Positions 17,918 to 26,576 of a stretch of DNA of 41,709 nucleotides are shown in pieces. This DNA comes from an uncultured Deinococcales bacterium (lineage in GTDB: Bacteria > Deinococcota > Deinococci > Deinococcales > JAAFIG01), in NCBI GenBank assembly GCA_964247135.1, contig CAXTTL010000011.1, forward strand, positions 1-41,709, read 5' to 3'. Under the pieces are notes generated by a model. The model was not told where the DNA came from. It ran no database searches and saw only the letters and a list, made by a program, of their open reading frames with translations. The translations under genes were made by a program, and so were the position numbers. Every line of letters starts with the position of its first letter. The first letter of the stretch is position 1.

Positions 17918-18997
17918 TTAACTCATTTCCCGACAAGCACGGTAAATATCTTTCCAACCGTCGCGTTCTTTGACCACCGTCTCGAGGTACTCGAGCCAGA
18001 CCACACGGTCTTGCACTGGGTCTTTGATGACCGCGCCGATCAGCCCTGCGGCAACGTCGGCAGCTCTCATCGTGCCGTCGCCAAAATGCGCGGCGAGCGA
18101 CAAGCCCTGGTTCATGACCGATATGGCTTCGGCGGTGCTCATCGTGCCGGTTGGGGTTTTCAGTTTGGTTTTACCGTCTGTGGTCACACCGTCGCGCAAC
18201 TCTCGGAACACAGTCACCACCCTGCGGATTTCCTCGAGTGCAGGTGGAAGCGCGGGAATCTCGAGGGCGCGACCGAGCGATGCGACCCGGGTTTGGACAA
18301 TGTTGACTTCATCCTCGATGCTGTCTGGCACTGGCAACACCACGGTGTTGAAGCGTCGTTTGAGGGCGCTCGAGAGTTCATTCACGCCCTTGTCGCGGTT
18401 GTTGGCGGTGGCAATCAAATTAAAACCTTTGACCGCCTGCGCCTCGAGTCCCAGTTCTGGAATGGGCAGGGTTTTTTCGGACAGAATGGTGATGAGCGTG
18501 TCTTGCACATCGGCTGGAATGCGGGTCAGTTCCTCGAGTCTGGCGATTTTGCCTTGTCGCATGGCTTTGACGACCGGGCTTTCGACCAGCGCCGCGCTCG
18601 AGGGTCCGTCTTTCAAAAGCAGCGCGTAATTCCAACCGTAACGAATACTTTCTTCGCTGGTGCCCGCCGTGCCTTGCACCAGCATGGTGCTGTCGCCCGA
18701 AATTGCCGCCGAGAGGTGTTCGCTGACCCAACTTTTTGCCGTTCCTGGCACGCCCAAGAGCAGCAATGCGCGGTCGGTTGCCAGGGTTGCCACCGCAATT
18801 TCCATCAGGCGCGAATTGCCAACGTATTTGGGCGTGATCTCCACGCCATTACTGAGCTTCCCGCCCATCAGGTAGGTCAGCACCGCCCACGGCGAAAGTT
18901 TCCACATTGGCGGTTTTTGTTTGCTGTCAAATGTTGCCAGTGCCTCGAGTTCGTGGGCGAATTGATTTTCGGCGTGTTGGCGTTGAACTTCGCTCAT
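17918..18997 (-). CDS. MoxR-like AAA ATPase (YehL-type)
   Basis: GVPGTAKS Walker A, LEELTR Walker B, ATANNRDKGVNELSSALKRRF. Confidence 0.9.
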   Translation of the reverse strand: MSEVQRQHAENQFAHELEALATFDSKQKPPMWKLSPWAVLTYLMGGKLSNGVEITPKYVGNSRLMEIAVATLATDRALLLLGVPGTAKSWVSEHLSAAISGDSTMLVQGTAGTSEESIRYGWNYALLLKDGPSSAALVESPVVKAMRQGKIARLEELTRIPADVQDTLITILSEKTLPIPELGLEAQAVKGFNLIATANNRDKGVNELSSALKRRFNTVVLPVPDSIEDEVNIVQTRVASLGRALEIPALPPALEEIRRVVTVFRELRDGVTTDGKTKLKTPTGTMSTAEAISVMNQGLSLAAHFGDGTMRAADVAAGLIGAVIKDPVQDRVVWLEYLETVVKERDGWKDIYRACREMS

Positions 18998-20550
18998 GGG
19001 TGTTCTCCTTGAAAGGCTCGTTGGAGTTCGATTCGGAAACGTAACGTCTCGAGGGTTGTTTCCAGGTTTTCAAAATGGTTCTTGAGGTTGAGCGTACCAA
19101 GAATCTCGAGTGCCACGTTTGGGTTCATGCTTTGGCTGTAGGTTTTGAGGTGCGCTTGAAGTCGGTAATCGCCAGAATTGTATTTGTTCAGTTCGGCTTC
19201 GGTTTTTTTGTCGCGTTCAAGAAAATATTGTTTGACCCGCTCGCAAATTGCGCGGGTCAGTTCGGCACTCCAATCTTCAAAACCTGTGACCAGAAAGTAC
19301 GGGCTGTCTTCGTGCTCGAGTGGTGGTTGTGGCAGTTTTAATCGCAACAAGATAAATTGCTCGAGTTCGGTCGGGGTCATGACAAAGCTGTAATCGGAAA
19401 GTTGAAATTCGGCTTTGCCACTTTGTTTTAACGCGTCTGCCCAAGCCAGGTTGTAACGATAATGCTTTAAGCTCGAGCGCCAGGCTTCCAAAATCAATTT
19501 TTGGTATTCGTGCTTGTTGGTGGCAGACACCAGTTCTGCGGGTGTGGCATTCAAAGATTTTTCCCAAAACCCGAGCGGTGTGATCTCGAGCATTTGCTTT
19601 AACCAAAATGCTTTTTCACCAATTTTTTGCCAACTCGCTGGTTTGGGTTCAATCCCGTCGCGCTGCATGGCTTTGTCGCAGCTTTCGGGCAATATCACCT
19701 CGAGTTTGGCTGCCGTGCCTTTTTTCAGTCCCAGTAATCCAGCTTTGCCTTCGGGCGTGTATTTCAGCAACGGCGTCACTCGAGCTTTCATCCGTCCCAT
19801 CAACCTCGAGTCTGGAAGTTTGGTCAAAAGTTTGGCAGCGCTTTCGCGCACGTCTTTGCCTTTATCGTCCAGCGCATTCTCGAGAAAATCTTCGTCGGTC
19901 ATTGACAGATTGACCTCGAGCGTTGCAATCAAATCGTTGCGAACTTTGGCAGGTTCTTGCTTCCAGACCGCCTCGAGTTTTTGCAGGGCTTGTTGTGGGT
20001 CAGAACCGCGCAATGTGTACAAAAAATCGCGGCGCTGGGCAGGAAAACCCAATTCCCAAACGCTTTGGTCTAAACTCGAGCCAGAAACCCATGCGCCGTA
20101 CTCGAGGTGTTTGGCGAGCCATAAACCCCTCGCCCCGAGGATTGGCAGGACATGTTCCCGCAAGCTCGAGTCGAAATTGGCTTTTTGAATGACGCTTCCC
20201 AGCAGTTCAAACGGTGCGCGAAGTTTGGTTTTGGCGCAGAGCTTTAGGCATTCGGTCAGTTGTTCGCTTCGAGCATTCAGACACTCGAGCAACAGGCTTT
20301 GTTGTGCTCGAGAAAGTGCTGGAAGTATTTCAGTCTCGGCTTGTTCAAGTGTTGGCTCGAGTGTGCGATTCAGTTGCTGTCCAGCTTTTTTGTATAATGC
20401 CAAAGTCGCGCTGGCGCTGAGCAGCGCCGCCTCTGGATTGCCCGAGTCGATACCGTGTAAGAATTCCAATTCGAACAAATTTGGTTTTTGTCTTTCCGTG
20501 CCGAGCAAGGCGCTCGAAATCAGGCTTTGCCAGTTGGTTGCCAAGCTCAT
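18994..20550 (-). CDS. DUF5691-like alpha-helical protein
   Basis: ALLGTER, LGARGLWLA and DEDFLENALDDKGKDVR motifs; ATGA overlaps on both sides. Confidence 0.75.
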   Translation of the reverse strand: MSLATNWQSLISSALLGTERQKPNLFELEFLHGIDSGNPEAALLSASATLALYKKAGQQLNRTLEPTLEQAETEILPALSRAQQSLLLECLNARSEQLTECLKLCAKTKLRAPFELLGSVIQKANFDSSLREHVLPILGARGLWLAKHLEYGAWVSGSSLDQSVWELGFPAQRRDFLYTLRGSDPQQALQKLEAVWKQEPAKVRNDLIATLEVNLSMTDEDFLENALDDKGKDVRESAAKLLTKLPDSRLMGRMKARVTPLLKYTPEGKAGLLGLKKGTAAKLEVILPESCDKAMQRDGIEPKPASWQKIGEKAFWLKQMLEITPLGFWEKSLNATPAELVSATNKHEYQKLILEAWRSSLKHYRYNLAWADALKQSGKAEFQLSDYSFVMTPTELEQFILLRLKLPQPPLEHEDSPYFLVTGFEDWSAELTRAICERVKQYFLERDKKTEAELNKYNSGDYRLQAHLKTYSQSMNPNVALEILGTLNLKNHFENLETTLETLRFRIELQRAFQGEHP

Positions 20551-21896
20551 GCGTCCTCCGAACTGTGGGTTTGCGCAAAAATTCCGTCGCTCGAGTGGAT
20601 CATGAGTGGCAAGAGGGTTTGACCGTCGAATTCGCCAAAAACCGTGATCGGGTGCCCGCCAGAAACCGCCAGCAAGTTTGGCATCTGGTCGTGATTCGGA
20701 TGCAACGCCAAAACCTGGTCGCTCGAGTCACGCAACAGCCAGGTTTCAACAATTTTTTGCGGGGTCAAACCCGAGACGGTGATCGGAATTCGTTCCAGCC
20801 ACGGTTGAGCCGCAACTGACTTTGCGTATTTCTCGAGCATGGCTTCAAAATTCGGCAAGCCATCAAGTGTTTGGGTGACACGCCCCAGGTCACGTTCGGC
20901 TTTTTTGATGACGGCTCGGGTTGGATGGTTGCTCGGGAAAAACACCAATTCTCCAAGCAAAATACTGGTCGGCTCGAGAATTCGTTCAAAAGGCAGATTG
21001 CCGTGCGCAAAATCGAGCAGCATGGCGTACTGTCCAGATTTTTCGCCGTGCAGCCACGCCCGTCTCGAGCGTAAACGATCCTGGCGTTCTTCAACAATTC
21101 CAAGCACCTGCCAGTGGTCTTGAACCCCAGCTTGCTCGAGCAATTCGTCTTGGCTTTGGGTAAAACCGATGGCGCTGCGCACATCGGCTTGCACGGGTTC
21201 TGGCAATGATTCAAGCCTCGAGTACGCCTCGCAGAGCAAGTGAATTTTTGCCAGTCGCTCGAGCAGTCGTTCTGCCCAGCCTTCGCCGCCGCCGGCAATG
21301 CCCGCCAGTTCGCGCACCAGTCGCGCCGCGCCCGGAGCTTGGGCATCGATCAACCTTGCAGCCACGCCATCCCAAAACGAGTAGGGTTTATTTTGCACGC
21401 TCGAGAGTCCAGTCCGTATCAAGTCACGCAACCACACCGAGAGTTCCTCGAGTCCGGCGCTAACTTTTTTGCCCCTGGCGGCAATGCGTTTCTCACCAGC
21501 TTTCGGGTCGGCGGCAACCTCAGCTTTTTTGATTTCATTGGCGTCGCTGCGTTTTGTCCGCCCCTCGAGCCATTCTGTGACCCAGGCAGGTGGGGTGTCC
21601 TGGGTAAAAGCCCCAGCGTCACTTTGCAGCAGCAAAAACAGCCCCAAGCCGTGCTTGCACGGAAATTTTCGGCTCGGGCAGGAACACTTAAAAGCTGGCT
21701 CGAGCGGATCAATTCTGGTTTGATACGGGTTTTTACCGCTGCCCTGGCACTCGCCCCAAATGGCAGTGTCGGTTTTGCCCAAGCCCACCCAGTTTTTTTT
21801 GGCAGCCAAACCACGCCCTGCACTGGCAGAACTCGAGTCTGGAGCGAGAGCCAAGATGCGTTCGGGAGTCCAAGATTCGCTCATGATGGTTGTCAT
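20547..21896 (-). CDS. SWIM zinc-finger protein
   Basis: WGECQGSGKNPY and CSCPSRKFPCKH motifs; start at 21896 or 21884. Confidence 0.9.
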   Translation of the reverse strand: MTTIMSESWTPERILALAPDSSSASAGRGLAAKKNWVGLGKTDTAIWGECQGSGKNPYQTRIDPLEPAFKCSCPSRKFPCKHGLGLFLLLQSDAGAFTQDTPPAWVTEWLEGRTKRSDANEIKKAEVAADPKAGEKRIAARGKKVSAGLEELSVWLRDLIRTGLSSVQNKPYSFWDGVAARLIDAQAPGAARLVRELAGIAGGGEGWAERLLERLAKIHLLCEAYSRLESLPEPVQADVRSAIGFTQSQDELLEQAGVQDHWQVLGIVEERQDRLRSRRAWLHGEKSGQYAMLLDFAHGNLPFERILEPTSILLGELVFFPSNHPTRAVIKKAERDLGRVTQTLDGLPNFEAMLEKYAKSVAAQPWLERIPITVSGLTPQKIVETWLLRDSSDQVLALHPNHDQMPNLLAVSGGHPITVFGEFDGQTLLPLMIHSSDGIFAQTHSSEDA

Positions 21897-22013
21897 TCTA
21901 TTTTAGCTTTTTTGTCGTGAATGGCGTATGAGGCTCGAGGATTCAGTTTTGGCTGCAAAATTGTTCACTTTTGACTGGGATACTTTACAGCACGTCGCCA
22001 AACGACAAATGCT

Positions 22014-22047
22014 TGTAAGGATTCTGTAAGTACCCTTGATCTACACT
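22014..22047 (+). promoter_or_regulatory. Putative promoter of the peptide gene: direct repeat TGTAAG-N5-TGTAAG plus -10 TACACT
   Basis: Repeats at 22014 and 22025 (11-bp period) in place of a -35; TACACT at 22042-22047. Confidence 0.5.
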
Positions 22048-22079
22048 ACCTCCAGTTACCAATTTAGGGGGAACCAAAG

Positions 22080-22259
22080 ATGCTTAAAAAATTACTGATC
22101 GGATTGTTTTTACTGGGAATGTTGTGTGGTGCGGGTTCAATTAGCGCTGGTCCTCTTGGGGCACGTGCAGCAAATCCATCTGAAGACGGTGGTTCAGCCT
22201 CGATGACGGCGGATAGTCCAAAAGGCAAAACCATTTTGTGCAGTGGCGGAAACTGCTAA
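22080..22259 (+). CDS. 59-aa secreted peptide precursor, putative signalling peptide
   Basis: Hand translation: MLKKLLIGLFLLGMLCGAGSISAGPLGARAANPSEDGGSASMTADSPKGKTILCSGGNC*. AGGGGGA RBS, Sec-type signal peptide and own terminator. Shorter than any ORF in the track. Confidence 0.85.
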   Translation: MLKKLLIGLFLLGMLCGAGSISAGPLGARAANPSEDGGSASMTADSPKGKTILCSGGNC

Positions 22260-22278
22260 AAAAATCATAAATTTGATG

Positions 22279-22314
22279 AACCAGGCTTTGGTTTGACTGA
22301 AGTCTGGTTTTTTT
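22279..22314 (+). terminator. Intrinsic terminator of the peptide gene
   Basis: AACCAGGCTTTGGT-ttg-ACTGAAGTCTGGTT, a 14-bp stem with G-U pairs on the + strand, followed by a T-run. Confidence 0.85.
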
Positions 22315-22480
22315 GTGGTTCGATTTGCCAGATTTAAAAGTTCTTGATTTTTGACGGTCTTCATGATTTACAACCGAGTTTTGGGTTAAGTTGGTTTCAA
22401 TGTTCCAGGTAGAAGATGCTAGGAAAACTTCCACATAAAAATCTACTTTTGGGGAAATATATGAAGGTCAAGTTTTTATC

Positions 22481-24172
22481 ATGCAAAAAGTAATCAGTGA
22501 AACTCCAGCGACGCTAGAGCCGTATACCAAGTTAATTGAAGCTCTAACTTCGTCCAACATGATCGAATCAGACCCTCTTAAGGCACTCGATTCGATCTTG
22601 GTGGCTCGAGAATTGGCGTTTGAGTTAAATGATGTAGAGTCGGTCGCTAAATTTTATCAATTTGAAGGCAACTGTCTTTTTTATCTATCGCGTTTTCCAG
22701 AGGCACTTAAAGCAACTTACATTGCTCTGGATGTGTTTACCAAATCCGAGAATTATCCTGTGATTATTGCCTGTCAAATTGAAATCGGGCTTTGTTACAT
22801 GTATCTTGGAGATTTTTCAGATTGCATCGAGTGGCTTGAATTGGCTTTAACAAATTCCAAAACCCATAACAGACCCTTTGGCATCTATACCAGTTTAAGC
22901 AATATGCGTGATGCCGAGATAAAATTGGGAAATCTGGAGCAGGCACTTAAATATAGTGAAGATAGTCTCTCTCTAGCAAAAGAACTAAAAAGTGGTTATC
23001 GAATTGCCAATGAACAGTTAGAACTTGGCAATACACATGTCAAATTGGGGCAAAGAGATTTTCATATTGATCCAAAAGAATCTTTAAAACGATTTGAAGT
23101 AGGATACCAGCTATTTTGTCAAGCTCATGAAACACTAGAAAAAGACAAAATCTATGGTTTTGAGGTGGCTATTTTAAATGCAAAAACCACTGTATTGGCT
23201 GAATTGGGTCAAATTGAACAAGCATTCAGCACCAGTGAATTGGCTTTATTAGAAGCAAAGAATAACGATGATCCCTCACTTAGAGCAGATTGTGAAAAAA
23301 TCAGGGGTTGGCTCTACTTCAAAACAAATCAAAACACCAAAGCACTACATCACTATGAAAAAGCGCTCGAAATTTACGTTTCGATTGGTAAAAAAGATGA
23401 AGTTGCCAGCATTCACCGTGAATTGGCAAAAGTTTGCAAAGCAAATCATCAGTATATCGAAGCTTTAGAGCACCTCGAGAAATTTTATGCGTTGGACGCT
23501 CAACTTCGCTCCGATGCCGCCGAACGTCGGGCGCAGGCTTTGGCGGCAAAACTTGACCTCGAGAAAGCCCGTCACGATGCCGAAATGCACCGTGTGCGCA
23601 GTGAAGAATTGGCGGCGCTCAATTTGCAATTGCAAAATCAGGCGGTGCTGCTCGAAAAACTTGCCAGGGAAGATGAGTTGACGGGTTTGGCGAACCGGCG
23701 CAAGCTCGAGGAATTTGCGATTCAGGCTTTCGCCGAATCCAGGGTGAACCATTCGACGCTTTGCATGGCAATCGCCGATTTGGATTTTTTTAAGGGCGTC
23801 AATGATCGTTTTGGTCATGCCACGGGTGACAATGTCATGCGGGTTTTGGGTGCGATTTTGCGGGAGCATTGCCCAGAGGGCGCTTTGGCGGCGCGGTTTG
23901 GTGGCGAGGAGTTTGTGCTGATCTTGCCGTACACCAAAGCGGAGGATGCGTTTGTGTTGTGCGAGAATATTCGGATCAGTTTGCAAAATTACAACTGGAA
24001 ACAGCTTCATCCGAATTTGGCGGTGACCATCAGTTTGGGTTTGAGTGACTCTCATGAGGCTTCGACCCATGAACGTTTGCTGTCGCTGGCTGATTTGCGG
24101 CTTTACGAAGCCAAAAATGCGGGTCGCAATTGTACGCGACCTCAACTGTTGCAAACTTCAAATCAAGCCTAA
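22481..24172 (+). CDS. TPR-repeat diguanylate cyclase (GGDEF)
   Basis: N-terminal TPR array, coiled coil, DELTGLANRR, DLDFFKGVNDRFGHATGD, ARFGGEEF and AKNAGRN motifs; no TM segment or signal peptide. Confidence 0.93.
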   Translation: MQKVISETPATLEPYTKLIEALTSSNMIESDPLKALDSILVARELAFELNDVESVAKFYQFEGNCLFYLSRFPEALKATYIALDVFTKSENYPVIIACQIEIGLCYMYLGDFSDCIEWLELALTNSKTHNRPFGIYTSLSNMRDAEIKLGNLEQALKYSEDSLSLAKELKSGYRIANEQLELGNTHVKLGQRDFHIDPKESLKRFEVGYQLFCQAHETLEKDKIYGFEVAILNAKTTVLAELGQIEQAFSTSELALLEAKNNDDPSLRADCEKIRGWLYFKTNQNTKALHHYEKALEIYVSIGKKDEVASIHRELAKVCKANHQYIEALEHLEKFYALDAQLRSDAAERRAQALAAKLDLEKARHDAEMHRVRSEELAALNLQLQNQAVLLEKLAREDELTGLANRRKLEEFAIQAFAESRVNHSTLCMAIADLDFFKGVNDRFGHATGDNVMRVLGAILREHCPEGALAARFGGEEFVLILPYTKAEDAFVLCENIRISLQNYNWKQLHPNLAVTISLGLSDSHEASTHERLLSLADLRLYEAKNAGRNCTRPQLLQTSNQA

Positions 24173-24231
24173 ACCGTTGGTTACTCGAGTTCTGGTTTTA
24201 CGGCTGGCTTTATGCGTGTTAGTTTTTGAGG

Positions 24232-25287
24232 ATGAGCTTAACGCCAAATGAACTTGGTTTTTCAATGCCCGCCGAATGGTTGCCCCATGCGAGTGTCTGG
24301 ATGGCTTTTCCTGCCGATAATATTGAATGGCTTGGGCATCTCGAGGAGGTGCGGCAAGAGTTCGCGGCGTTTATCAAGACACTCTCGAGCTTTGAGTTGG
24401 TGCATTTGATCGTGCGCGATAACGAAACTGAAACCGATGCTCGAGCCAGGTTAACGGGGGCAAACGTGGTGTTTCATCGTCTTAATCACAATGATGTTTG
24501 GTTGCGGGATTGTGCCCCACTTTTTGTCACCAAAGGTTCCGAGGTCGCGGCTGTGGACTGGGAATTCAACGGTTGGGGCATGAAGTTTGATAGCGAGCTT
24601 GACAACAAGATTCCAGATTTTGTGGCAGGGTATCTCGAGATGCCCGTGTTTAAGACGGGCATCGTCATGGAGGGCGGCAGCCTCGAGCTGAACGGCGCGG
24701 GTGTGGCGCTGACCACGCGCCAATGTCTGCACTCCAAATTTCGCAACCCAAATTTGACTGAATCCGACCTCGAGAAAGCCTTAAACGATTACTTGGGCAT
24801 CAAAAAAGTTTTGTGGCTCGAGAATGGTTTGGAGGGCGATCACACCGACGGGCACATTGACACGATCACACGGTTTATCGGTGAAAACACGATCATCACC
24901 AGCGTTTGTGAAGACCCGTCCGACGCGAATTTTCAGACCATGCGGGACAACCTCGAGCGACTGAAAACCTTTAGGAATTTGGACGGTAACCCATTCAGGA
25001 TTCTCGAGTTGCCGCTGCCCAAAAACCGCCTCGAGCATGTCGGCGAGATCGCGCAAAGCGAGGGTTTGCTGGGTCAACGTTTACCGCCGACCTATGCCAA
25101 TTTTTACATCGCCAACGGCGCGGTCATTGTGCCCACCTATGGCGATCCGAACGACCAGCGTGCGCTCGAGATTCTGAGTCCGTTGTTTCCAGATCGGCAA
25201 GTGATTGGTTTAAGCTCCAGGGCGATCATCAATGGCGGGGGCAGTTTTCACTGCGTCACGCAACAACAACCCCTCGCTAAGGCTTAA
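24232..25287 (+). CDS. Agmatine/peptidylarginine deiminase family protein
   Basis: MPAEW, DVWLRD, EGGS, DHTDGHID and GGGSFHCVTQQQP motifs. Confidence 0.93.
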   Translation: MSLTPNELGFSMPAEWLPHASVWMAFPADNIEWLGHLEEVRQEFAAFIKTLSSFELVHLIVRDNETETDARARLTGANVVFHRLNHNDVWLRDCAPLFVTKGSEVAAVDWEFNGWGMKFDSELDNKIPDFVAGYLEMPVFKTGIVMEGGSLELNGAGVALTTRQCLHSKFRNPNLTESDLEKALNDYLGIKKVLWLENGLEGDHTDGHIDTITRFIGENTIITSVCEDPSDANFQTMRDNLERLKTFRNLDGNPFRILELPLPKNRLEHVGEIAQSEGLLGQRLPPTYANFYIANGAVIVPTYGDPNDQRALEILSPLFPDRQVIGLSSRAIINGGGSFHCVTQQQPLAKA

Positions 25288-26381
25288 AGCTTCAGGCGGT
25301 TCAAAAGCACCGATTTTGCGCCGTAACGTTTTTGCATTTCGATCAAATCCTCGGGTTGTTCGTCGCCGAAAGCCAGTTTGTTGGAGTGGTGCAGGCTGGT
25401 GAAAATATCGACAATTTTGGCGTCAAAATGCGTGCCGGCATTTTCGCGCAGGAACAAAAGCGCCTCGCGGGTGGACATCGGTTCGCGGTAAGGGCGTTTG
25501 CTGGTTAAAGCCTCAAAGACATCCAAAACCGTGAGGACTCGAGCCTCGACGGGGATGGTTTCGCCCTTGAGCTGATCTGGATAACCGCGTCCGTCCCAAC
25601 GTTCGTGGTGGCTGCGCACGGCTCTGGCAATTGGGGCAAAATCTGGGCTGGCATTTAAAAGCACCCGTTCGCCAATGATCGGGTGGCGTTGCATGTCCAG
25701 GCGCTCGGTTGGGGTTAAGGGTCCTGGTTTGTTGATGATTTGCTCACTGATTCCAATTTTCCCAAGGTCGTGCAGCACGCCGCTCCAGTACAAAGTCTCG
25801 AGGTTGTCCTGATTGATGCCAAGTTCTCGTCCGATGACCACCGCGTTGTATGCCACGCGTTCGGAATGGTCGGCGGTTTTGTCGTCGCGCTCTTGAATCA
25901 GTGACACCAGGGCGTGAAGGGTGCGTCCGTAGGTGACGGATAATTCTTGGGCGACACTCTCGATCATGCGCATCCGTTGGCGCAACAAGCTCGAGAGCAC
26001 GCCCGAAGAGCCGCCGATCAGGCAAAAAAATCCGGTGCGCACCATCCAGGAGAGCGTCGGTTGGGCAAGATTTTTTTCAACCTCGAGCGGCATGAACGGT
26101 CCGAGCAGGACACCGCCGATGATGGCGACGATCACCCCGCCGACTGAACCGAACAACAAACCGCCCAACATGACGGGCAGGTACATAAATTGCAGGTAAA
26201 CGTATTTTGTGCCGCCGGTGCTGTAAACGATTGCAGCAATGCCAAACTCGAGCAAAACCACGATCAATAAAATAATTCCAGAATCGCGCCGCCGCGAGAA
26301 CAAGGCGTCGGTGAGCCACAACGCAACCTTGGAGGTTTCCAGGGCGGTGGATTTGTCGCTCGAGATGGTGGTGTTGGTCAT
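25284..26381 (-). CDS. Membrane-anchored HD-GYP c-di-GMP phosphodiesterase
   Basis: About 4 N-terminal TM helices; HSERV, LHDLGKIG, HHERWDGRGYP and ALTSKRPYR motifs. Confidence 0.92.
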   Translation of the reverse strand: MTNTTISSDKSTALETSKVALWLTDALFSRRRDSGIILLIVVLLEFGIAAIVYSTGGTKYVYLQFMYLPVMLGGLLFGSVGGVIVAIIGGVLLGPFMPLEVEKNLAQPTLSWMVRTGFFCLIGGSSGVLSSLLRQRMRMIESVAQELSVTYGRTLHALVSLIQERDDKTADHSERVAYNAVVIGRELGINQDNLETLYWSGVLHDLGKIGISEQIINKPGPLTPTERLDMQRHPIIGERVLLNASPDFAPIARAVRSHHERWDGRGYPDQLKGETIPVEARVLTVLDVFEALTSKRPYREPMSTREALLFLRENAGTHFDAKIVDIFTSLHHSNKLAFGDEQPEDLIEMQKRYGAKSVLLNRLKL

Positions 26382-26576
26382 GAAAGAAATAAGTTTCCTT
26401 AATGTGCTTGGATTGGTGGAAGTAAATCATGACACAATTATTGGTTTTTTGCTTTTGGCATGGAGATTGTCTGTTCTTTTCTCGAGCCAGATCACGCTGC
26501 AATGGGCGCTTTTGACAAGTGAATGAATTAATTCTAAGAGTTTTTTGAAAAACCAAATGTTTAAATTTGGCACGCC

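Noticed and set aside
18011-19012. Long antisense ORFs (also 23465-24154, 33756-34544, 27276-27971)
   Set aside because: They mirror well-supported genes on the opposite strand and carry no motifs.
22080-22130. Lipoprotein interpretation of the peptide (Cys16)
   Set aside because: GMLC does not fit the [LVI][ASTVI][GAS]C lipobox; signal peptidase I cleavage is more plausible, though not proven.
22141-22434. 97-aa minus-strand ORF in the track
   Set aside because: No RBS or motif; it overlaps the better-supported plus-strand peptide gene and its terminator.
26382-26576. c-di-GMP riboswitch or small ORF upstream of the HD-GYP gene
   Set aside because: AT-rich spacer with only a weak hairpin after trmFO; no GEMM-like motif and no RBS-led ORF seen.
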